From Amoebophrya sp. A120 (Eukaryota; Protista; Dinoflagellata): DNA of 64,000 bases. The translations under genes and the position numbers were made by a program. The stretch spans positions 7,075,794-7,139,793 of the forward strand of contig CAJINV010000001.1 of NCBI GenBank assembly GCA_905178155.1, read 5' to 3'. The notes beneath the pieces are model-generated. The model had not been told where the DNA came from and did not search any database. It saw only the letters and a list, made by a program, of their open reading frames with translations. Shown here piece by piece: positions 1 through 11,800 of this stretch (its first letter is position 1; each line of letters opens with the position of its first letter).

Positions 1-93
1 TATCTGTTTCCGCGGTGGCTTTCGCTTGTCAATCTATGTGCTTGCACAACATAAGGTAAAACGAACGAGCTCTTGCACCTATTACCAACTCAG

Positions 94-2268
94 GTACAAA
101 GCCCGCGTGCAGGAACTGACCCGCGAGCTCCAGGACGTCAGGAAAGAGCAGCTGGAATTGAGCGACATGAAATCTCTCTACCGCACTCTAGAGGAGGAGA
201 ACAGGATTCTGAAGGAGCAGATCCGGCTCTTGAAGGACGAGCAGATAGAGATCGCGCAACAGCACGAAGCTGAGATTGCGAGATTAAAAGAGCAGGTGCG
301 GGAGGATTTTCAAGATCTGTCACCAGTCTACGCGGAAATGGCACAAGTGATCGCTGCGAGGGACGGGTTAGCGAGTGAAATCGAAACATACCGGCGCGAG
401 CTGTACTTGCTGCGGGAGAATGTGAAGGTGGAAGCGGAGCAGCATGCGAGCAAGTTGCGACAGCTAGAGGAGAATCTGGCACAAGCAGTCAAGGAAAAGA
501 CGGAGCTGGAGCACAGCCTGGAAAGATGGAAAAGTAGTTTGATTTTTTTTGGCGATAACTTTTTGTTTCTAGCTCTGCTTTTGCATGTGTCATCCTCAAG
601 CTTTCACCGCTAAATCAATGCGCTTAGTAGAGTCATCATGCACAACTGCTCCGTATTCGTTACACAGGAAAACTCAATGACGCCACACGTAAGTTTCGGG
701 AGCTGGAGCAAGAAAGCGAGCGCAACGCCGAGGAACGGGATCGCTTGCACGGGAAAGCCTTGGGCCAAATGCAGCAAGACCACGAGGTGGCGGTCCGGGC
801 CCTGCAAAGCGAAATTTCCACCCTGAAAAATCAGATTGCCAGTCTGAAAGACCACCTTTCGAAGGCGCAGGCTGCGGAAGACGAGAAAGCTTCTCTGGTA
901 AAGGGAGCAAAGGAGGAGTGGGAAGCGGAGAGGATAGGTATCTTTTCGACTTTGATGAGAGCCATAGATGATGAAGTTCAACAAGGTCAAGGCTGCAATG
1001 TTTTCGTTAGCAGTGGTTTCGAGAAGTACTAGAAGAAAAACCCCAACTGAACTTTTCAGCAATGGAGCACCGACACAAACTTGAGTTGCAGCACACGGAG
1101 GGGTTTTATGTTGACAAGCTGGATGGGAAAACGAAGGAATATGAAGCCTCTCTGGAGCAGCGGGACGTAGACACTGCGAAGATGCGCAAGGGCTTGGAGC
1201 AGAGGTGTCAGACCTTGGAAACCGAGCACAAAGAGCAGAGCAAGAAGCTCTACGGTACAGATTTTTTTGTGTGGAACTTTGTACGATGTGGTCTTGGTGG
1301 TCGTGTGCATGAAAATGTTCGGGACGAGCCCGTTCTTTTTGTGTTTTGCTTCTTTCGGTGAAAATAAAACGTCGCTGCACAACGAACACGCAGAAATGGC
1401 GTTGATGCACTTCCTTGCGTCCGCCCAGCAGAAGAACAAGGGCCCGGAGCAGAAGGTCGTTTTTTCCCTCTGGAAGGCCGTTGCGAGGGATCAAGCGGGG
1501 ACAAGGAGGGAATCGGAGCTGGCCAAGGATCGGGATGAGCAGATCAACGCGTTGAGAAAGCAAGCTGAGCGGGAACAAAACCAACTCAGGGTCGCCGTGG
1601 AGGAGGACAAGAAGAACCGCGAAACGCTGGATAGACTCAAGGAGGAAGAGGTAGGAATAACTTTACAAATACCTTTGCAATACATACTTGTGCTTCTCCT
1701 TTCTTATGTTGAAAAAATGCCAGGTAGTGGTAGTGCACTAACCTAAGCACAGAAACCGAAAAAATCACAACAGCGCAAGAAGAACCTTGTCGAGAAACTT
1801 TCCGAAACCGCGAGAGTCGAACGCGCGAAGTGCCAAAAGGAGCACGAGAAGCATGAGCAGGAGTCCAAGCGGGTCACTACTGCGTTGAAAGAACGGAACA
1901 GCGAATTAGAGGCCATCATTCGGGAATTAGAGGGCAAGATGGAGGAGCTGGAGAAAAACGTGCTGCAAAGAAAATTGCAACAGTCCATGAAACTGCAAGT
2001 CCTCGCTCCTCGTGTGTCCGTCACTATTAACGGCGACACGGTGAATATGATGGATGTCGAGGTGGCTCCGAGCAGTGAAGATTTGAAGCAGATCATGCAC
2101 AAGGAGGTTCTTCCCCGGTTCTCGAAGATCTTGCTGTCGGAAGATTTCGATGAAAGCCGGACGCAGGCCCGCGTGCAGGAGGTCATGAACAACATGGTAC
2201 AAGTGATCGAGAACAAACTGCAAGGAATTTTCGGCGCGAACTGTCTGCGGACCACGGCGGCAATTTGA
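94..2268 (+). CDS. Coiled-coil protein, 3' part of a spliced gene (5' end outside the window). Exons ~94-533, 668-985, 1060-1254, 1394-1650, 1774-2268
   Basis: E/K/Q/L-rich heptad-like ORF segments (26..613, 745..1032, 1062..1361, 1267..1746, 1885..2268) join in frame across GT-AG introns with matching phases. Stop TGA at 2266-2268. Confidence 0.8.
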
Positions 2269-3747
2269 GCGGTGGCAGCGATGGGGGGTTGATGTTGTGG
2301 AGAACAAGTTGAGTCTTTAACAGCAGAAGTTCGAAACAGTTTTTTGTCACATTTTGCATACCGAGAAAATAACAGCAGTAGTCTTTAAAACTACTTTTCA
2401 GCATCTAGAAACAACAGTATCTTTGATTGATTTTTCAGACATTTGCATCAGTATCGCATATTGATAACGGTTCACTTTAACTTTTTCTTTCGAATAGCAA
2501 GTACACACAGTCACAATCTCAAAATCGGTTTTTCTTCTTAACAGCAAATTACAACAGGTTTTTATCACATCTTTATCACGCACGTATCAAGCATTTGAAT
2601 TAGTGGTTTCCGCCTGGAGTTCAAATTCGCATTTGATTTTCCAGTGTAGCAGAAAGAGAAACGCAATAATGCCGATGCTGCAGCTTTGCAGCTTTCTCCT
2701 GGGCAACTGTAAACACTTTTCAACTTGTTAGCATTTGGATGGACTTTTGACACTTACAACTCGGTTTCACTTGAGAGTTTGCATGTAAAAATAAACTTTG
2801 AAGTTTGAAAGTAGCAAAAGCTGTACATGTAGCTGTAGGATGACGTTTCACAACTGTACTCTACTTACATTTGGAAAGCCTTCGAGGAAAACTTGTACAA
2901 AATTTAGCTGGAGCGATTTGCGCTCGGTTTGGCGAGACACACTAGACAGATGAGCTGCTGAACATCGGAACTCGTACAACCGTGCCAAAAGAAATAACTT
3001 CAATCGTACAACGAACAAGCAGATTGCAGAACATTCTGTGATGTCGGAAAGTACATCAGTTTGTGCCCAGGCTATCGCGAGAGAGCAACAAAAAAAACTC
3101 GGTTCGTTCATTTTGATGGCCTTCGGTCGTTTTTGTGCAAACACGTACAAAAGAGCGAGAGCGAGCGATTTTCGTCCAAATAAGAAACTTTTGCAGCTTT
3201 TGTCGTGTTTCCCGAAAATCCCTCCAACCTTTTGCAACCTCCTCCAACATCACATGGACCAAGTTGATAACACCCGTAGCCACAACCTCAAAGCGACTAT
3301 ACCTTTTCAAACCAAAATTTGAGCCTGTGCTACTCCAAGCTCACAAGTATACCAGTGCTGCTTTTTTTCAGTAATTTGGTAGTGAGCCGAGAGGTGTCTT
3401 ATTCTTTTTCAGCCTGAAGAACAATCTTGCATGCTTTTTCCATTTTTTTAAGCTCTCGCTTTTTTTCGAGTTTTTCATTCTTCGTGTTCGCCTCCTTGTC
3501 GATTCCCCCGCGGGTGAGTCTGAGGAGCATTTGAAAAACAGTGTCAAAAACCTCGTGTCTGTTGACTTGATTCATATATTCATCGAATACGCTCGTTTTT
3601 AACACTCTCTCTTTTTCCAACCCTTTTTACTACCTGCAGTCTTGACGGTAGAGTTCTGGAAAAGTATACAAATCCTGAAAAAGATATACCATTTTGATTC
3701 TGAAAAGAAATTGACAAAGATCGTATCGGTTTTAGTTGAACATCAAA

Positions 3748-6700
3748 ATGACGTCCTCGTCGTCTTCTACTGAGCCGCCTAAGGTGCTCGTCGTCACGTC
3801 CTTGGATTACTTCGGCGCCGCTATCCTGAGTAAAAACCTACCCACACCAGAGTCAGGATGGGGATTTTGCAACGCAAACCTAGGAGTTCTGTGAGTCACG
3901 CATGACAAGTTGCACTCTGCAGCGTAGTGCAGGTTAGCAAGTGCAGCCGCATCACAGATTCATCTGCTCATCCTGTTCACAGCATCACAAAGTCCAAAAC
4001 ACGATTGGAAATGGCTCTCATGCGGATGCGCATTACAAGTCTTCCTGTCTTTGCAAATCTGCATTACAACTCTGGTGTGGGTACGTTTTTACTCAGGATA
4101 GCCGCGGCTTTGTCAGTATTGAAGAAGAACGCATTCGAGAACGTTCTGTGTGTCGTCTGTGGGGGCAGCAAGGGACTGGATGTCATTGCAGAATGTCAGA
4201 AGCACGGGTAGGATTCTTTTCGAATGACTTGCCATTTGATGAATCCGTTTTCAGTTTTATTGTCAAGGTGGACAACAAGAAACTTTTGCAATGAGTACTA
4301 TTCTGTTGCGTAAATACAAGGTAGCAAGCTCGATTTTCATCCACATACTCAAAATCACAGGTATTCCAACTTCGTGTCTACCGACGCTGCGATGCTCAAA
4401 GCGGTCTGCGAGTCCTTCAAAGCCGACGTATCGATCGGTTTGGGACCGAATCTACCGACAACAAGTCTCTCGCTCACATTCACTTACGCGTCAGAAAGCA
4501 AATTCTCACCGCCAGGCCCCGCCTGGCCGGAGTTCGGCGCCATCGTGAGCGGTGCTACAGAATCGAAAATGACACTGGGCACCGAAACGACCGCTCTTAC
4601 CATCACAACCTCCGACACGGCAATAAGTCTGCGTTACAAGCACATCTCCGCGTTTTCCACCCTTCTACAAAAAGTGGTGGAGCAAGACCTCTCGGTCGGG
4701 GAGAAAACTGCGGCCTTTGACTTCTCCGCTGCGGCAGGAACCCGAGCAGAGGAGGGCTACTTTGTGGACCCCGACACCATGTCACTCGACGAGGCCGACC
4801 GGTTTGTGCGCGCGTGCAATTTACCGCCGTACGAGTGTGCGTTGGTCAAGTCAAAGTTGGACGGATTTGACTACTACGTGGATTCGTGTGACCACTACAT
4901 TCACTACCTGAAATCAATCGGACAGCACTCCGCTTCGAGCTCTTCCAGTGGGCCGAAACTGCTCGGCGACTGCGAAACCACGGCGACGAAACAGTACTCA
5001 GCAGATACGCACTGGTACTCAAATGTGGGCGGAACGATCGTGAAGGTGCAAGCGGAAACCATGAAACTGCGCAAGAGAAACGAAGTCACGCAGCTGATTC
5101 CAGGTACTTTTACGAGGGGTTTGTTATTGTTTATTGGGGGACGAAATGCTTCATCGGACTCGTTCCTTGCTTGTGATTTGTCTTGACCCAACAGACCAAA
5201 TATTTATTCATTTCTATTTCCAAAACAGGTCAAGCCATCGGTGCGCAGGCGAAAAAGCGACTGCGCATGAACGAGCCGTTGATTGGCCTTACCGCAATGG
5301 GCTACATCGAAAAAGCCCTTTCCAGCGGCTGGATCGGCGTAGAGGGCCCGCATATGAAGAAGTTCGAGGCGGCCATCGCACGGATTTGCTCGGTAAGGAG
5401 TTTTTACTGTTGCTAGGTAGCAGCGGCCACGTTGTTTGGAATAAAGCAATGTTTTGATGGCTATGCCGACATGTAAAAGAGGTGAGTCCGCACGTCGAAT
5501 AAAACTTCTGATTTTCATCATAACAGGTCGAAGCAGCCTGTGCGGTGCAGTCCGGAACAGCGGCGCTCTACGGGGCCATGAAAGCGCTCGGAGTCAGCGA
5601 TCAGTTGCACCACGTGATCGTGCCGACGTACACCTGCGCCGCCTGCGCAGACGCGATCGTGCACGCGGGAGGTAACTTTTTCTACCCTTTTCTTTCAGCC
5701 TTCTATACCAAAATGCGTGAGTGTGCAGTCTTTTGCGGACAAGAAGTTGAAGCTTTTTATTCGAGAGACGAATATTTTTTGGAAAATCAAAATGGAACAA
5801 CACAGGTATTCCTGTGGCAGTAGACTGCGAGTTGGACTCTTACGGTCTCTCCTTCGAGGCCGTCCGGGATACCATTTTGAATGACGAAAACATCGTGGGT
5901 GTTGTCATTGCTCCCTGCTACGGGATTCCATCACGCGACCACATGAAAATTCACGAGCTCTGCAAGGAGCAGGGTCTGTGGCTCTGCGAAGACAACTGCG
6001 AGAGTTACGGCGCTGTTATGCAGGTACATTATTTGAGGTTTAGCTTTGGCGGTGGTGAAAGGAGTAGATCCTGAAACACGGGTCGGATGTAACAATTCAG
6101 TATCACCGTATAGATTTTTCAGTATTGCAACCGTGTAGGCTCTTCTTTCATCTTGCTACGGGACCCAAAAAACAGATCGAAGACGACGCTGGGGAGTCCA
6201 AGACGTCCAGTAGCAGCGACACCGTACGCACGGCGAAGGTTGGCTCTATGTCCACCATGTCGGTCGTGTCCGTGCGGTCCGAGAAAATGGTCGGCGTGGG
6301 CGAGGGCGGCGCTATTCTGTCGAACGACGCAGCCTTGGTTTCCAAGGCGCGTTGGTGGTGCAGCCGAGCGCCGGTGCGGGGATGCGGGTTGTGGAGAGTG
6401 TACGAGCACGAGAACATCGGGCAGAACTTCCGGTTGCCGGAGCTGCTCGGTGCAGTCGGGTTGGCAGCTTGCGAGAACTTGCCGGTCATGATTGAGCGGA
6501 AAAGGAACATCCACAAGTGGTACCAGGAACTGCTTTATCAAATCTAAAGATGTCTGGGTCTGGAAGATTGCGAGGCTTGTCATGCTTGTCTGGCATGACC
6601 AAAAAGTTTGTCATGCGTGTCCAAGAAGAGACCCTTTTGCCTGTCATGAAAAAACGCAGTTTGTCATGCGAAAAACGCAACACAAAGAAGCGCAGGTATT

Positions 6701-7316
6701 TCTCATGCTTGGCTGTGCATTACAGAGCATTCACTATTCCCAACGCAGCATTACAAGTTTCCAGACCCCGACACTTTTGCAATGCATATGCTTGGGGACA
6801 TTCCATTCCTCAAATTCCAGCAGAACAAACCGCTGGACGAGCCCGTGTGGTGGCTCAACGCGCTCAGGGTACTGATAAATTTATGCTGTCGCAGCTTCAG
6901 AAAAGCAATGATTTTCTTCGGTATACTTCCTTCAGGTGGCAAATCCTTGAATTTTCCTTTCGGAGTATTGAACAATCGTTTATCCACCTCATTCATCACA
7001 AAAACATCAGATCGAAACCCCGGCCAACGGCAAGCCTTTGGCGGATAAGTTTTGTGGCGCCAAGCCGCAGGCGAATCTCGCTGAAGCCGTCGGCATGCGA
7101 CTGATGAAGCACCACCCGAACATCGAGATCAGGCCGGCGTTCTTCCCGCTCCACAAGATGAGCTGCTTCAGCGAACATGCGAGAACTTGCCCGAACGCGG
7201 ACATCGTCTACGAGAGATTACTTTGCGTGCCCTCCAGCGCGCAGCTGACGCGCGAGGACATTGAAGAAGTGTGCGCCGCGCTGCGAGACAGTCTACAAGA
7301 AATCGTAGTGGGCTGA
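3748..7316 (+). CDS. Fusion of a formyltransferase-like domain and a DegT/DnrJ/EryC1/StrS (perosamine synthase-like) PLP aminotransferase, ~734 aa. Exons 3748-3830, 4097-4207, 4361-5103, 5229-5392, 5527-5671, 5806-6023, 6176-6535, 6794-6868, 7011-7316
   Basis: The joined exons total 2205 nt, in frame. The C-terminal half has DegT hallmarks: SGWIGVEGP..FE, VQSGTAAL, VIVPTYTC.AC, LCEDNCES, SVRSEKMVGVGEGGAI (PLP lysine), GQNFRL, VWW, EIRPAFFPLH, LCVPSS. The N-terminal half resembles formyltransferases (GPAWPEFGAIVSGATESKMT; SLDEADRFVRACNLPPYECA). Two of the introns are non-canonical introners. Confidence 0.85.
3831..4096. mobile_element. Introner 1 (MITE-like non-canonical intron, 266 nt removed including one direct repeat)
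   Basis: TIR TAAAAACCTACCCACACCAGAGT (3831-3853) vs ACTCTGGTGTGGGTACGTTTTTA (4069-4091), 22/23 complementary. Flanking repeats CTGAG (3826-3830) and CTCAG (4092-4096). Removal gives ...AAIL-R-IAAAL in frame. Confidence 0.88.
6536..6793. mobile_element. Introner 2 (non-canonical intron, 258 nt)
   Basis: Direct repeat TGCTT at 6531-6535 and 6789-6793. Imperfect TIR TATCAAATCTAAAGATGTCTGGGTCTGGAA / TTCCAGACCCCGACACTTTTGCAATGCATA. Contains an in-frame stop. Removal restores the DegT-like WYQELL-GDIPFLKFQ. Confidence 0.88.
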
Positions 7317-8867
7317 AATGAGTAGATTTTGAAGCAAATAAAGGAAAAGAAACAAAAGGAAAAGAAACAATGTTTTTGGTTTAGAAATCTACCCCCAAAG
7401 AGTTCTTGTTGTAAAGTACGCAAATGTAAAGTCACAGACGCAGGTAGAAGAAATAATGTGAGAAAAGTCCCATGTGCTTTGACGTTTTGGAGCCGATTAC
7501 CGAGGTAAAATGCTTTTTTTGGTTAAGTAATTATCTTCCTCTGTGATCAAGTTGTGAAAACCCAAAGCAGGAACTGCTGCTAAGGAAAAACACAGACAGA
7601 GTCACAGAATTTATTTGCTAGGTAGAGCCTAGCGGAGCCCGGCACTTCCTGGCTGAAGTGGCGAAGGTTCGTCTTATTCGGAATTTTACACTATCAAATG
7701 ACCACAATTCATCCTCCTGGACCTGGTACAGTAGAGTAGCAGATTGAGTGGAAAAGCAACGACAGGACAAAATACTTTCGGATTTACAGTTCTTGATTGT
7801 CTTTAGTTCTTCGCGGGAGTTTTAGGGTGAAAACCTGCGCTACCTCCCGGAAGGTAGTTTCAACGCGGTCTCCCAGATCGGTAATTGGAAGAATCACAAC
7901 GGCAATATTCGTTTTTGATGGTTCTTTTTGCATGCAAGAGACAATGCCCTTTCAACCGCAAGACAAGGCTGCAAATAATTTTGTCTTCAACAATCAAAGC
8001 ATAAGATACCCAGCAGAGAATTCCACGGGAGTGGGACGCGTTCGCGTGTGCGAAACCTCCCCGCGCAGACATCGTTTGTTTTCGACTTAGCATGCTGACA
8101 TCGCCTTCACCGTAGCGGTAAAGAAAATAGAGAAAAATACACCTCGTGTGGGTCGTGTGACAGAAGCGTGAGTGACGTATTCTGAGGTTTTCGGTAACAT
8201 GCCGTCGAAAGATTTGACTGCAATCGTCTAGGTATATGAGGCGACACGCCATACTGGTACCTGCCTTGTAGCATTACCAGGCAATCCAGTTTCGGTCTTG
8301 AACTACGAGAATCGGTGGAGAAATTACGTATTGAGCGTCTTTGGGTCGTGGGAAGAGAGAGCCGTAATGAGAGATTTGCCTACTATACCTTTGTGTTTTA
8401 CCCTCGTATCTCATACATAACTCATCCGCACAGGACCCTCATCAAACACTTTTGCATGCCATCGTCGCAATTTTTGCGTTTATGCAGTTCAAGAGCTAAG
8501 ACATAGATACCCTTTATCAATCACGGTGCATGATTGTCGCGCTAACATACGAAAAGTTTGTTGCGCATACTCTTCTACCCAACCACTGCAATCGTTGAAT
8601 ACCCACGACCCCAATCGTTTACTACTCGTCCACACGCTTTTGTGATTTTGCCACAATTCGACCAACACCTATTTTACAATTCAGCAGGTTACGTTTTTGT
8701 AATTCAAGATTTTTTAAGAGCGCCACCGCCACGAGAAAATAGGGACGGCGTAGGATCACCGAATCGCTTGGCATAGAAGAATCCTCCACTTGTGTGCGGA
8801 AGCATAGGTGGAGCGATGGGTTTGTGGCAGCTTCCGTGTGACCACTCGTCGGGCCTCACAGTGGTGG

Positions 8868-11800
8868 ATGCGTAAGATCTCGCTCGCCCTTCTTGGGCTC
8901 ACCGCCCTCGAAACCAAGGGGCAGTCCTCGAGCTCGTCCAGCCGGCGAGCGCAGGAGGAGGCGGGGCAGCCTGGAACGTCGTCACATGGGAAAAAGGACG
9001 AGCAGGAGGATGCGGCGAACGGCAGATCTGGCGGGTCGTCCTCTGCGTCGTCGCACGCCGGAGAACAAGAACACGACCAGCACCAAGCACAACACCCTTA
9101 CAAACTTTTAGCCGATCACAAGGATGTTCCCGGCCGGGAAGATCGCGGTCTGTCGACCGCCCGGTTCCGGCGAGCCGCCCGGCGGCTCCGGGAGGATGAC
9201 GCGCGCGCCGGGAAAGAGGAGTCGTCAATACACACGGGTATAAGTGGGGAGGAAGCGAAAAACGCCCAGGATGTTGAGAGAACGTTGTACCAGGAGCACG
9301 AAGAACAGATCGACCCCTCCATTTTTTACGACGACAACGGCAACCTGCTGGAAGAGTCCGAGATTCGCCGGCGTCTCGCCACTCAGCCGTTCGAAAAGGA
9401 CTGGAACTGGCTCTCCGGGACGACGGCGCGAATCGGTACCGGTAGTTACGTGGCGTCCGGCTCGAGCATTTTCCTGAAAGCGACGACGGACATGTCGCTG
9501 GTGAACCGCGTGGACGTGAAAATGTCCACGGGAAACTACTTTTCCACCTCCAAACCGAACCCCACGATGAAGTTCATCGCCGGCACCGCCACGGCACGGA
9601 CGCAGTGCGTGAACGGCGCCAACGGGCGGAACGTCGTGCTGGGGTCTGTGGACACCAGCAACAACCCTTCCTTCGGTTCGGAGACCCATCCCTTGCCCTG
9701 CACCCTGAAAGACACCCCCGCGCAGCCGACCCGCGCCACCAACGAAGATACGGCGATCAACAACAAAATCTCCTTCATGCACGGCGGTACCTACCGACTC
9801 TGCTTCGCGCCGGACGGAAACTTCGGGACGCGGACGGACGACGTGACCAGTTACTGGCTGACTAACCCGGTCGTAGTGGAAGGGGTGTCCTCGACTTGTG
9901 CGACGCAGAACTGCTTAAAAGCAGAGCCATGGTACTGCTGGTCCGCGGGGCACGGAGAGTACGTGCAGGGTGCCGGTAACGTCAACCAGTACGTAGAATG
10001 CCAGATTTCCTTTGTTGTGGGAAACAAGCGAGCCGGGTGGGATCTGATGATGCTATCCGGTGCGACCTCGAAAATGACCTGGACCCAGCTGTTTGCCGGG
10101 GAAACCTACCACTCGGGGAACGGCACTGTTGACACGGTACTACTGCAATATTGTTTCTGTTTATGTTTTCCAGTTGAAAGTTCATTCTTGTGGGAATAGG
10201 TTATTGTATTTTGCATGTAAAATACTAAACTTTCCTCAAGAACGTCGGGTAGCTGCATGGTATTTTAGATTGAGCAACGCAACCCCTATCGCGCATAAAC
10301 GATGAAAAACGAAAAACATAAACACCAAAACAGCCCGCCACGGAACGCGCCTGCGCCTCCGGCGACCCAGAGGGTGGCATTTGGGACTACACCAGCATGG
10401 GAGGCTTCACTAATAACGGTTTCCTCGACGTCACTTCCAGCATTATTGGAAAGATGCCCCGCGTCGGCCACAACCGGTTTGGGAGTTACACCGTGCGTCT
10501 TTGCTACTGCCCGAACTACAAAGCCAACAACGCCGCGGCAAGCAACTGCGGGCTGCAGAACGACTACATCCAGTCTTTCGGGATCCTCTACATCTGGCGC
10601 ATGAACATTTGCGACAGTGGCAACGCGGAAACCAACGACGGGGCGGACTGCCGCGACGCGCCTTACTTCAGAGTGTTACCGCACATCCGGTTTGTGCCCC
10701 AACTCTCCTGCCCCATGGGAGGTGGCTGCCACGCGAACAGCTTTAACAGGATAGCCTTCGTCGACATCGCGCCAACGAACGACCGCAACTTCTGGGACAG
10801 CAACGCAGGGTGTGCGACCACCGGGCAGACGGAAAGCACCAAAGCGGTGTGGCCCGCCGCCGGGATGACCAGAACGCTCAGCGGCGGTTCGAGGCAGGAC
10901 TACAAGGCCTGGGCCACGTCTCTGCCGCGGTTGGATATTGCAACCAACGAGAAGCTCGATGTTTGCTACTGCAACGGGGCTACTGTCAGCGATTGCAACG
11001 TACTCTTACTCTTCTTTTTGATGTTTTGATTTCTCTGAGGGATATGGCTTCTTTCACTATCTTTGTTTGGTGCTACAACGAACAGCAGCACAGCTCCCCG
11101 TGAGCATGAATTTCTTTGCACGTAAGATAAGCAGTAGAAATGAAAAAACTTTCCGCACCCACAGACACCATCCAACTGGTTCCGGATTGGGCACGTCGTC
11201 GGCGGTCATTTCAACCTGGCTTTCAAGGGTGACAGCACCGGCAGTGGCACCGCTGCAGAGTCCATGTCCCTCATCCAAGTGGTCGGGAAGCAGGGCATGC
11301 TGGGTTTCGTCGGTGGTTACAAGACCGCGCCCTTCATCACGAGTACGAGTCAGGCAGCGACGTCCGAGGCAAACGCAAACCGGTATGTGTCCCGCGGGGA
11401 CGGGCCGCGGTATAGTGACATCGCGATTGTGAAGCTGATGAGTTACGACACCATCGGGATGATCAGCTACCAGGGAACGATGCGGACCATCGAGGCGTAC
11501 TACAGTTACGACAAGACCACGCCGAGCGACAAGAGCACGAAGCTGGATACCCACTGCCAGTCAAGCAGTTACTCCACAGACTTGGTAACGGGACCGGGCA
11601 CCTCCGCAACCGCGCAGACCTACCACGCGGTCGCGAACGCCACGGATGAGAATGAAGCTTCCGCGTATTTCAGTTTTACCGGTGCGAACAAAGACCTCCA
11701 GATGACGGTAAAGAAGGCTGGCACCATTGCGATTTGCTTTTGCGGGATCGTTAACGAGGCTGCGTCGCCCTGGAACTGCAACAAGAACTGGCGGTTTGCC

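Noticed and set aside
1255-1393. Possible non-canonical intron using a CGGT direct repeat (1253-1256 / ~1356-1359)
   Set aside because: There is no TIR, and a phase-compatible canonical acceptor (CACGCAG, 1393) of the locally typical A/C-rich style exists.
3272-3293. Resemblance to the dinoflagellate spliced leader (CCGTAGCCA....CTCAA); also TAGCCGTTTTGG at ~56829-56840
   Set aside because: Only partial matches to DCCGTAGCCATTTTGGCTCAAG, compatible with chance in 64 kb.
6577-6670. Repeated TTGTCATGC units as a CRISPR-like array
   Set aside because: The units are 9 bp and irregularly spaced, lie inside an introner in a eukaryotic gene, and no cas genes are present.
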